Shown: piece after piece, positions 17,332 through 25,660 of the stretch
Numbering within the stretch: the first letter of the stretch is position 1
How the letters are laid out: each line of letters opens with the position of its first letter
Assembly (NCBI GenBank): GCA_052273085.1
Contig: DAVZIW010000002.1
Coordinates: 1-36,350, forward strand
Source: Candidatus Enteromonas sp.
GTDB lineage: Bacteria; Bacillota_I; Bacilli_A; RFN20; CAG-826
Direction: 5' to 3'
DNA: 36,350 nucleotides
Notes under the pieces: model-generated
What the model was told of the DNA's origin: nothing
The model's input: the letters and a program-made list of their open reading frames with translations, nothing else
The model's database searches: none
Translations under genes and position numbers: made by a program

Positions 17332-18225
17332 TTAGTCAATGTTTTTTAAATCAATAAAGCCATAACCTGCTAAACATGGCCCATATCTTAATCCAATCGC
17401 TGGAGAGAATATAACATCAGGGGAATTGGTTTCTATCCCTGCTTTCACTTCTTTTTCTTTCAATGTTTTTAGAAATTCCTTGCCTGTATACAAATGGAAC
17501 AAAAGGTATTCTTTTCTTTTCTTGTCTCCTATAAGCTCTTTGACTTTTTTAAAAGTGTCGTCAAAAGCAATGCGTTGGAAATGGGCTTTTTTAATCATAT
17601 CGAAATACCCGTTTTTAGTAAGCTTAAATTCCGGAGCATAGCGAAACATCTTAGCAAGAATATTTTTCCTTAAAGAAACTAGGTGATTCGCATATACGTA
17701 ATCAACATTTTTAGCAAGACCAACAATAGTTTGGCTTTTAATTATCTTCTCTGCCTTAATTAGTATTTCAGAAGTAGGAACACCATCATTAACCATTTCT
17801 TGAACTATAAGGGAAAGATAGCCTTGGTTAAACCCAAATGTCTTTGAATCAATGACATAAGTTTTTATCCTAGATTCAAAATCTTTCGAAATGGAAGAAA
17901 CAAAATCGTAGGTCCCTCCAAAACAAGAAGAAAAAGTAACAACTATTATTTCGTCATATTTTTCTTCCATAGCCTTATTGAAAATAGAAACAATCTCATC
18001 ATGAGTAGGCATGCTCGCTTTAGGCAACGACTTCTTGGATTTGGCCTCTTCTAGGAAAGAATAGAAAACATTAGGATCTGCATATTTTTCTAAAACACTA
18101 GTTGTCCCATTATAAATAGCGGTCAAATGAAGGCGAGCTATCCCACAGCAATTATTTATCCCTTTAACATAATCAAGGGAATCAGTTGTTGTCGACACTA
18201 CTAATCGCTTCAATTTTTTGTCCAT
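17332..18225 (-). CDS. Divergent DegV-family (fatty-acid-binding, FakB-like) protein
   Basis: 297 aa. Blocks align by eye to B. subtilis DegV: TTTDS (DegV TDS), SLPKASMPTHDEIVSIF (LPTTSQPPIGELVALY), IIVVTFSSCFGGTYDFV (ISIHLSSGISGTF) and, at the C-terminus, SPAIGLRYGPCLAGYGF (GAVIGTHLGEGALG). Confidence 0.65.
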   Translation of the reverse strand: MDKKLKRLVVSTTTDSLDYVKGINNCCGIARLHLTAIYNGTTSVLEKYADPNVFYSFLEEAKSKKSLPKASMPTHDEIVSIFNKAMEEKYDEIIVVTFSSCFGGTYDFVSSISKDFESRIKTYVIDSKTFGFNQGYLSLIVQEMVNDGVPTSEILIKAEKIIKSQTIVGLAKNVDYVYANHLVSLRKNILAKMFRYAPEFKLTKNGYFDMIKKAHFQRIAFDDTFKKVKELIGDKKRKEYLLFHLYTGKEFLKTLKEKEVKAGIETNSPDVIFSPAIGLRYGPCLAGYGFIDLKNID

Positions 18226-18284
18226 CAGGCAACCTTAACACCAAATCAAGGTATTAACAAACTTTAAAATTAAAATCGATTATT

Positions 18285-18313
18285 TATTAACTTCTTTTAA
18301 GAAAAATAGTCAA
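18285..18313 (-). promoter_or_regulatory. Candidate sigma-70 promoter for the DegV-like gene (TTGACT-N17-TTAATA on the minus strand)
   Basis: The hexamers were read from the reverse complement. The -35 is a 5/6 match to TTGACA and the spacing is 17 nt. The -10 is weak and the surrounding DNA is AT-rich, so this could be a chance match. Confidence 0.3.
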
Positions 18314-18328
18314 ATATAAATACATGGG

Positions 18329-19117
18329 TTAAATGGTTTTTCTTTTACGCTTGGTTTTGCGTTCATCTATAAGTACACCATAACGTATGGCATCTAGGGA
18401 TGGATTATAGTATTTATAACAATTCAAAAATCTATCAACATCCTTACCAATTAGCTTCTCTTCATAGTCGTCTTCATAAAGAATATTCAATCCTTCGTCA
18501 TCAGCATATTTTACTAGAAACAATTTCTTTATATTCTTGGTAGATAGATACTTATTTCCTAAATAAGAAATGGTTTCAAAGAAATATTCAGGGAGTTCTT
18601 CTTCCGTTATAGATGAAGTCGTCCCATCTTTATTTGAAAGATAGAGAGCACTTTTAGAATCAGGATCAGTTATACCTAATCTACATCCAAGAGTTTGATA
18701 ATAAACATTAGATTCAACATGTTTTGAACCTTCGTCGATATAAGGAAGTTTTAATAATTCTGCTTCCCTAGCATCATCAAATAAATTCTTGTTTTCAAAA
18801 TAAATCCCGTTTTTATCAACCTGGAATTCATAATTGCCATAATTGAATTTGCCAGCATTTTCCAAAGAGAAGATATTGTCATATAAATGATAGAGACCTA
18901 GTCCCTTAACTAATTGATTGTCATGGATTTTAGTAGGTATGTCATTAAGAATAATCACATAGCCCTTAAACGGGAAATCTATAAGTTTGCTCAAATCCCC
19001 GCTAGAAAGAACGAAAACAAAATCTCGTGGAGAAGAATGTTTCTTATCAAATGCAGACATTATTTTTTGGAAGGATGTAACGTCTTTAATCACTTTAGCT
19101 AAGTATATCATCAGCAT
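18329..19117 (-). CDS. Hypothetical soluble protein with a basic C-terminal tail; no recognised family
   Basis: Uninterrupted ORF of about 262-267 codons. The track start at 19132 is a TTG. The first ATGs are at 19117 and 19111, and none has a convincing SD, so the start is uncertain. The C-terminus is ERKTKRKRKTI. Confidence 0.55.
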   Translation of the reverse strand: MLMIYLAKVIKDVTSFQKIMSAFDKKHSSPRDFVFVLSSGDLSKLIDFPFKGYVIILNDIPTKIHDNQLVKGLGLYHLYDNIFSLENAGKFNYGNYEFQVDKNGIYFENKNLFDDAREAELLKLPYIDEGSKHVESNVYYQTLGCRLGITDPDSKSALYLSNKDGTTSSITEEELPEYFFETISYLGNKYLSTKNIKKLFLVKYADDEGLNILYEDDYEEKLIGKDVDRFLNCYKYYNPSLDAIRYGVLIDERKTKRKRKTI

Positions 19118-19210
19118 TATTTTGACAGCCAAAAACGATTATGACAAACCAAAACGAGAACTTAGCCGTTTATTAGTTGCGGATTAATGATTATTTAAAG
19201 TAGGCATCAA

Positions 19211-19240
19211 CAAAAAATGTCCCAGGGATAAGAGGACATC
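19211..19240 (-). terminator. Probable intrinsic terminator after the SDR gene
   Basis: On the minus strand the stem is ATGTCC ... GGACAT (6 bp) with an 11-nt loop, followed by TTTTTTG. Confidence 0.5.
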
Positions 19241-19248
19241 GTTATTTA

Positions 19249-20028
19249 TTAAGCACCTTTCTTAAGTTGTTTGGCAGATACTTTAGTTACAAACTTCCTA
19301 GAGAAGAACCTTGGGGCAAAGCAAGATAGCTTGTTTTTAAATCCCATGATGGCAAAGCTCTTTCCTTTAATCGATTTCTTATAACCATAACTAGCGACAT
19401 CTAATGAGCTATAAGGCTTAATCTTTGAGAACGTATAATCGTTATGGGCTTTAGATACAAACTTGGAATTGAATGGGCCTGGGCAAAGAGTCAATAGATG
19501 AACATTGGTCTTTCTTAATTCATAGGCAATAGATTCACCTAGAATTGCTACAAAGCTCTTAGTAGCATGGTAAGTACACATATATGGTCCAGGAACTAAC
19601 CCTGCGATAGAAGAGATATTGATGATATGTCCTTCATCATTTTTAAGCATGTCATCAAGAAATACACGGGTGAAATATAAAAGGGCATTGCAGTTGACTT
19701 CAGTCATCTTTAATTGTTTTGAAATAGCCATATCCTTAAAATCGCAGCAATCACCAAACCCGGCCCCATTGACTAGATTATTAACGAAATAACCATTGGT
19801 TTTAGTGAAATCGAAAACCTTTTGTAAATCGTCAACTAATGATAAATCGGCGACTAATAAATCAATTTGGGTATCAGGACATTTTTCTTTTACATAGGCT
19901 TCAGTTTCCTTCAGGCCTGCTTCATCAACATCAACCAAAACCAAATTATTGCCGTTTTTAGCATAAATATAGGCAAATTCCTTGCCAAGACCACCGCCGG
20001 CACCGGTTATAAGAGTAACTTTTTTCAT
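19249..20028 (-). CDS. Short-chain dehydrogenase/reductase (SDR) family oxidoreductase
   Basis: Rossmann motif TGAGGGLG, NGAG motif and catalytic SS...YHATK are present. I set the start at the ATG at 20026-20028 (MKKVTLITGAGGG). The track start is a GTG 7 codons further upstream. Confidence 0.88.
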   Translation of the reverse strand: MKKVTLITGAGGGLGKEFAYIYAKNGNNLVLVDVDEAGLKETEAYVKEKCPDTQIDLLVADLSLVDDLQKVFDFTKTNGYFVNNLVNGAGFGDCCDFKDMAISKQLKMTEVNCNALLYFTRVFLDDMLKNDEGHIINISSIAGLVPGPYMCTYHATKSFVAILGESIAYELRKTNVHLLTLCPGPFNSKFVSKAHNDYTFSKIKPYSSLDVASYGYKKSIKGKSFAIMGFKNKLSCFAPRFFSRKFVTKVSAKQLKKGA

Positions 20029-20237
20029 TAATTTAATACCTTCTTGCACGTAGTATACTTCCTTTTGCTAAAAAAGTGTTTTAGAAAATAAGAAAATCAC
20101 TACACGGGTCGCCTATTTTTTATTATTTCCTAAAAGGCTGAATTATATCGATGTAAAAATATAGGAGTTTTTACCCCGAAAAATAAATAGATTATTTTTA
20201 TATCAGGAGTACAATTGTAAAAATTTTTGGAGCAGGT

Positions 20238-21872
20238 ATGAAAAGAAAATCATTAATTACATTAACTCTTCCACTTATTCTAGGGATTGCTAGCTGTGCA
20301 GGTGAAAGCACTTCTAGCAGCAGTCAAACTAATACTGAAACAGAAGAAGAATCAACTATCGTTACAACCGAATCAAGCAAAGATAGCAATTGTTCAGTTG
20401 ACCCAAACCAATTGAATCTAAAATTTGCTCTTGCTGGAGATGAAGCCGTTTTATTAAAAGTCAGCGGAAATGTCGAAGAAGTCGAAATCCCTTCAACATA
20501 TGAAGGAAAAGTAGTCACTAGAATCGGCGAAGATGCATTCGACGGCATGACTAAAATGAAAAAACTAGTCCTTAATGAAGGTGTTAGGGAAATAGAAAAA
20601 AATGCTTTATCAGGATGTACTAATCTTGATGACATTACCTTACCAAACTCATTAAGAAAAATAGATAACTATGCATTCGTAAACGTCCCTTATCTAGAAA
20701 CGCTTATTTTACCAGAGGGATTAGTTGAAATTGGATCTGCTGTATTTTCTGGCTGCAAAGGATTAAAAAATATATCAATACCTAATTCAATTGAGAAAAT
20801 TGGCGGTAATAATTTTTCTAGTGAGAAGCTAGTAGCCACCACTTATGAAGGAATTGATTATTTGGGAAACGAAACTAACCCATACGTTTTAGCACTTAGA
20901 CTTAACGAAGATGTTACTTCACCTACTTCCATCAAGTTACATGAAAACACAAAAGTATTAGGTGGCTCATTGCTAGAAAGTGAATCTAGTGTTACTAACA
21001 TTTCTTTAAATGAAGGGCTAGTTACCATTGGAGGAAGTTCATTAAGAGGCACTTCTATTACTTCTATTACCATACCAAGCTCAGTAAAAACCATTTCTGA
21101 ATATGCCTTCAGCGGTTGTAAATCCTTAACTCAATGCACGATTAATGGGAATGGATTAAAAGTAATCGAACACGAGGCTTTCTCTGGGGCAGCCGCCTTA
21201 ACCAAATTAGAAATACCAAGTTCAGTTGAAGAAATCGGTTATTATGCATTTAATGAATTCGATTCTGCATCAAGTTTTACCTATAACGTTAAAGATAACG
21301 GCAATTACATAGGGAATGAAAATGATCCATATCACGCCTTTATCGGAATGATTGATAACAAGGTCACTTCCTTTACCTTGGATTCATCAGTAAAAGTTTT
21401 AGCAGGACAATGCTTTAGAGATGCAGCTAACCTTGCTTCTATTACTATTCCAAATTCAGTTACCTACATTGGAGATGGGGCTTTCTTCCAAGCAACATCA
21501 TTAACTTCCATCACCATCCCATCTAGTGTAGAGATAATGGAAGGTGCTACTTTTGATTCTTGTTCTTCTTTAACTTCTATCAAATTAGAAAACTCTCCAA
21601 CCATATTAAAATCAGGATTTGCCCAATCTTGTGTTGCCTTAACTTCATTTACTATCCCAAGCAGTGTTAAAAAGTTAGAAGCTGGCCTATTTGATAGAGA
21701 TACTTCTTTAGAAGAATTATATATCCCATCAACAGTAGTCGAGATTGAATCTGGTGCGATTAAAAGTGTTCCAAACACAGTCTTAAATATCCAGGCTAAA
21801 AAGGCTTTACCAATGTATGAAAAGAATTGGTTTAGCGGCGTTAAAGAATTCCATTACGGTGTTAATAAATAA
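20238..21872 (+). CDS. Lipoprotein made of BspA-type leucine-rich repeats
   Basis: Signal peptide plus lipobox (LILGIASC), followed by a Ser/Thr-rich linker. Many repeats of about 23 aa follow, of the form L..I.IP.SV..IG..AF..C.SL (for example ITIPSSVKTISEYAFSGCKSLTQ and ITIPNSVTYIGDGAFFQATSLTS). A GGAG SD lies upstream. Confidence 0.8.
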   Translation: MKRKSLITLTLPLILGIASCAGESTSSSSQTNTETEEESTIVTTESSKDSNCSVDPNQLNLKFALAGDEAVLLKVSGNVEEVEIPSTYEGKVVTRIGEDAFDGMTKMKKLVLNEGVREIEKNALSGCTNLDDITLPNSLRKIDNYAFVNVPYLETLILPEGLVEIGSAVFSGCKGLKNISIPNSIEKIGGNNFSSEKLVATTYEGIDYLGNETNPYVLALRLNEDVTSPTSIKLHENTKVLGGSLLESESSVTNISLNEGLVTIGGSSLRGTSITSITIPSSVKTISEYAFSGCKSLTQCTINGNGLKVIEHEAFSGAAALTKLEIPSSVEEIGYYAFNEFDSASSFTYNVKDNGNYIGNENDPYHAFIGMIDNKVTSFTLDSSVKVLAGQCFRDAANLASITIPNSVTYIGDGAFFQATSLTSITIPSSVEIMEGATFDSCSSLTSIKLENSPTILKSGFAQSCVALTSFTIPSSVKKLEAGLFDRDTSLEELYIPSTVVEIESGAIKSVPNTVLNIQAKKALPMYEKNWFSGVKEFHYGVNK

Positions 21873-21889
21873 CAAAGGAAAATATAAAA

Positions 21890-23839
21890 ATGAAACAAAA
21901 ACTATTATTTACTTTATGCGCGTCCATCTTAACTTTAGGAATCTCTTCTTGTAGAAATGAGATTTCTTCTTCTAAAACTAGTTCGGCCGAAGGAACCATT
22001 ACTGAAGTTACTAAAACAGATACAGGGTCTACTATAACTAGCGAAACAAGTAAGACTACAAATGAAACCACTACTGAATCCACTAGTGAATCTACTACCG
22101 AATCTTCTTCAATAGTTGAAGATAACGCTGATTTTGCTCAAGTTAGACAAGCCTTAATGAGTGCATCTAGTTTAGTATCTAGCAAGACAATCAAATCTTC
22201 TTTATCGATTAGAGAAAATGAATACCGTCAAGTTGAAGTCGATGGAGTCCAAACATTAAAAAACACTAGATACTCCACTTCAAATAACATCCTGTCATTC
22301 TTTGCTAATAAAGTATTTTCAGTTGAAGAAGAAAGAATTACTTCTGCTACAAACGATACCGAAGAAGTTACCAAGACTAAGACTAATTATGGAATTGCAA
22401 ATGGCATTTTAGTAAAAGAGGTTTCTGATTATTCAAAAGCCGATGATGAATATGAAGTCAATTCTTTAAAGTCCAAAGGTGAAAAAGTCGGGACTGAAAT
22501 AAGCGAGGAAAGCGTTAATAATATCTTTGCCAATGGTTTATTCAACGTTGTTACAACGTCCTTAAATAAGAAAGATCAATCTAACCCAGTCGCCTATATC
22601 GCGGCTAATTACCTTAATAAATTTAAAGAAGGCCATATTAATAAAGAAGAAAGTACCTACTCCTTAACCGCAGAGGAAACTACTAAAGACGATGTTGATA
22701 AGGATGTCTTTAACGAATATCAATTAACCTTGTCTTTCAATAATGATGGGGCCTTAGTCAGTGCAGAAGGCACCTTCACTTCCTTTGAATCTAACGCAGG
22801 AGTCAAAGGAAATAAGAATTTTGAATATATTGTTACCTTTAACCAAGAAGTGGGGACTAGGACAAATTCCGATTTGGATTTTGATAAATACTTCTTCCAA
22901 AACGAAGAAGAATTATCAATTGGTTTCTCTACTACTAAACTAGGAACAGTTGAAGATAACATTAAATCATTAGATACCCCATACTTCATTAGAGTTACCA
23001 AAAACCTTGCTATCAAGAACGAAAATATCGATAAGGTAAAGTTATTTAACGTTACCAATGCCGCTAATGAAGACTGTTCTTCTTGCTATGAATTAGTTGA
23101 AGAAGAAGATGCCACTAAATTCACCTTAAAGAAGGCTGGTAGTTATACACTTCATTTCAAGACAGCAAAGATTGAAGATATCCAAGTTGAAATTAAAGTT
23201 AACGCAAATGAGATTACCTCTATTGCCTTCCCTGAAATGAAATTAATCCATAGCGCATTTAATAAAGACAATGCATATCTTCCTGGTTCGATATTAAAAG
23301 GAGAAACCCCTTTTGCAATTGAAGTCGGTGGAGAAAATGCTAGTGATGATATTTCCTTCTCTATCAGCGGGGATGATTCTGCTACAGTCACAAAAGGTGA
23401 AACTGCTTTTAATTACAAATTAAATACAACCAAAGCCGGCACTTTATCAATTAAAGCTACTTCTAAGACTTTAGGAGAGAGCAAGTCCATCACCAAACAA
23501 GTAAAGGTTTACGATACAACCGATGAAGGCATCGCTGCTTTCTTAGGAAATACTGCCTGGACAACCGCCGGAAACACCACTGGCAACATCAAAACACTTA
23601 CATTTAGCTATGAAAGTGGGACCGCTGGCACATTTGAATTAGTGGTTAATAATAAAGATGCAGTAGTAATCGGAACTTATTCAGTTTCAAACGGAGCTAT
23701 TTCAGTTGAAATAACCGAAAACCCAAGTAAGAGCGCAATTGTCCTAAATAGTATTAAAGTTGAATCAGGAAGAGGCGATATAGTTGTCGTCGTCAGCAGA
23801 GCCGGATCGCTTAGACCTGAATACGTCTTACAAAACTAG
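21890..23839 (+). CDS. Lipoprotein of unknown function with a Thr/Ser/Glu-rich linker and a probable Ig-like (Big_2-like) segment
   Basis: Lipobox LTLGISSC and linker TEVTKTDTGSTITSETSKTTNETTTESTSESTTESSS. The segment ISFSISGDDSATVTKGETAFNYKLNTTKAGTLSIKATS resembles bacterial Ig-like domains. It starts 17 nt after the upstream stop and has an AAGGAAA SD. Confidence 0.7.
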   Translation: MKQKLLFTLCASILTLGISSCRNEISSSKTSSAEGTITEVTKTDTGSTITSETSKTTNETTTESTSESTTESSSIVEDNADFAQVRQALMSASSLVSSKTIKSSLSIRENEYRQVEVDGVQTLKNTRYSTSNNILSFFANKVFSVEEERITSATNDTEEVTKTKTNYGIANGILVKEVSDYSKADDEYEVNSLKSKGEKVGTEISEESVNNIFANGLFNVVTTSLNKKDQSNPVAYIAANYLNKFKEGHINKEESTYSLTAEETTKDDVDKDVFNEYQLTLSFNNDGALVSAEGTFTSFESNAGVKGNKNFEYIVTFNQEVGTRTNSDLDFDKYFFQNEEELSIGFSTTKLGTVEDNIKSLDTPYFIRVTKNLAIKNENIDKVKLFNVTNAANEDCSSCYELVEEEDATKFTLKKAGSYTLHFKTAKIEDIQVEIKVNANEITSIAFPEMKLIHSAFNKDNAYLPGSILKGETPFAIEVGGENASDDISFSISGDDSATVTKGETAFNYKLNTTKAGTLSIKATSKTLGESKSITKQVKVYDTTDEGIAAFLGNTAWTTAGNTTGNIKTLTFSYESGTAGTFELVVNNKDAVVIGTYSVSNGAISVEITENPSKSAIVLNSIKVESGRGDIVVVVSRAGSLRPEYVLQN

Positions 23840-23847
23840 GAGTTAAT

Positions 23848-25575
23848 ATGAATAAAAGATTATTAATTATTTCATTGCCACTTCTAACTTTATTAGTAGG
23901 TTGTAATGAGCCAGTTTCTTCATCCTCCCCTATTTCTAGCGAACCCGTGTCTTCAACATTAAGCCAAGAAGCCCAACTAGAAGAAACTCTAGAAAAGTTA
24001 AAAGAAGGGTATAAATTAGAAGTACTTTATAACCAACACATTAAAGTTGCTTCAGGAAATGAATCGGAAAGCGATTTCTTTAAATTGCTAGATATATCCG
24101 CTAGCAAAGACATTTATAGATCTACTTCCTATAAAGAAGTAACTGATGTTTCTCTAGTTAATAAAGAATCATTCGTTAACGATATCTCTTATAGCAATAA
24201 AGATGGAAATCTAGTCGAATCTAGGTTAACCGTGGAAAATGTGATTGAAGATAAGCAAGTCATTGATTCTTCTTCATCTCCAATTAGCTGGGCCGATTCT
24301 AATCTAGATAACTTCTTTGGAGTCTTTAATTTCGCTTCACTAGAAAAAAATGAAGAAGGAAGCTATGTCTACAAAGGAAAGATAAATGCCTTAGCAAGAC
24401 ATAAAATTGCTGCCCAATTATTAGGAATAGATGAATCGGGCCGTGCGATTAATGAAGTTAGCTTTAGCTTTGAGGGTGAAAATCTTTATCTAAATGTTAA
24501 ATTCGATACATACCAAACTACTATTTTAGGAGGCATGGCTGCAGTTAATGTTACAGATAATATCAAAGCCAAAATCATTAAAGCAGGTGAAATAGCTACC
24601 CCTGTTAGCAAAATAGAAAAGGAAGAAGATAAGACTTTTGCTGATGCTTTTAAAAAACTACAAAACCTTAACTTCAAAACCACTGCCAAAAACTATGAAA
24701 TCAAATATAAAGATGGTAGATATGAATTAGCTAGCAGCGCTTCTTGTTTAGTTTCATCTTCATCAATCCAAACTACCATCAAAGATGAAAACGATAAGAT
24801 AGTTTCTGATGATGTTTATTTTAAAACTGAACACGGAATGCAAAAGGCTGTTAAATTTGGTGAAGAATATTATGCTAGCTTGACTCCGGTTGATAGAACT
24901 ATATCTTCTTATTTCCCAACCTATAAGATTTCTAGCGTATTCTTTAATAAAGAAGGTAATAAATATACCCTAGATAATGCATACACGGGGTTAATATCTT
25001 CCACTTATTTATTCTCTCCATTTGTTAATGATGACATCAAAAACCTAGAGATTACAATAAGCGATTCCAGGATTGATATTGTTTCTACTAGCGATGGGAA
25101 CGGTACAACTATTTTTGGAGAAAAAGAAGAATTTAGCTATGAAGAAATAGGAACCCAAACTGATTTTGATTCTAGCGTAGTTAAATATGATTCTTCTACT
25201 TTGACATGGAGGAAAGTAATTAGAGATTCTTCTACTTATAAAAGATTAGTATCTCAAGCCATAAATGAAGAAATACTAAATAAGATTCCTTTCTTTGGAG
25301 GATCTTATGTAGAAGCCAAATATGTTGAATCTACTTTCTCTTATCCATATTTATCAGTAACGGTACATAGCCAAACCCAAGCCCAGGAATTAGAAACTAG
25401 ATATGATGCTGCTCTTCCTTTAGCAGGATTTAAACTTAATAAAGAGACCGAGGCATATGAAATAAGCGTCGGAAACGAAACACTTCAAGTAGTACCTATG
25501 GCAACTACAATGCAAGATTTATCTGGCAACACTTCATATGTGTTTGTCTTGATATTAAATAAAATAAGCAAATAA
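23848..25575 (+). CDS. Lipoprotein of unknown function
   Basis: Lipobox LLTLLVGC followed by a Ser-rich linker. An AGGAG SD is present. It starts 8 nt after the upstream stop and is the third gene of the lipoprotein operon. Confidence 0.7.
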   Translation: MNKRLLIISLPLLTLLVGCNEPVSSSSPISSEPVSSTLSQEAQLEETLEKLKEGYKLEVLYNQHIKVASGNESESDFFKLLDISASKDIYRSTSYKEVTDVSLVNKESFVNDISYSNKDGNLVESRLTVENVIEDKQVIDSSSSPISWADSNLDNFFGVFNFASLEKNEEGSYVYKGKINALARHKIAAQLLGIDESGRAINEVSFSFEGENLYLNVKFDTYQTTILGGMAAVNVTDNIKAKIIKAGEIATPVSKIEKEEDKTFADAFKKLQNLNFKTTAKNYEIKYKDGRYELASSASCLVSSSSIQTTIKDENDKIVSDDVYFKTEHGMQKAVKFGEEYYASLTPVDRTISSYFPTYKISSVFFNKEGNKYTLDNAYTGLISSTYLFSPFVNDDIKNLEITISDSRIDIVSTSDGNGTTIFGEKEEFSYEEIGTQTDFDSSVVKYDSSTLTWRKVIRDSSTYKRLVSQAINEEILNKIPFFGGSYVEAKYVESTFSYPYLSVTVHSQTQAQELETRYDAALPLAGFKLNKETEAYEISVGNETLQVVPMATTMQDLSGNTSYVFVLILNKISK

Positions 25576-25593
25576 CTAACATAATCATGATTA

Positions 25594-25618
25594 AGGGCAG
25601 GGTTAACTGCTCTTTTTC
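25594..25618 (+). terminator. Intrinsic terminator of the lipoprotein operon
   Basis: Sequence is AGGGCAG-ggttaa-CTGCTCT. The stem is 7 bp with one G-U pair and is followed by TTTTT. Confidence 0.65.
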
Positions 25619-25660
25619 ATTTTAGACATCTATGTTTTAAAAAAGCGTTATAATAACTCC

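Noticed and set aside
22001-22112. Apparent short tandem repeats (actgaatccact / agtgaatctact / accgaatcttct) in the 649-aa lipoprotein gene. A similar Asp/Thr/Ser-rich stretch lies in the 802-aa lipoprotein at about 34150-34260.
   Set aside because: These are degenerate low-complexity Thr/Ser/Glu linker codons directly after the lipobox Cys. They are not exact tandem repeats. I saw no homopolymer or dinucleotide tract of the kind that would suggest slipped-strand phase variation.
25622-25640. Possible LexA/DinR SOS box upstream of recN (TAGACATCTATGTTTT).
   Set aside because: The Firmicute Cheo box is GAAC-N4-GTTC. Here the half-sites are degenerate (GAC / GTT) and are spaced by 6 nt. I cannot support an SOS operator from this sequence.
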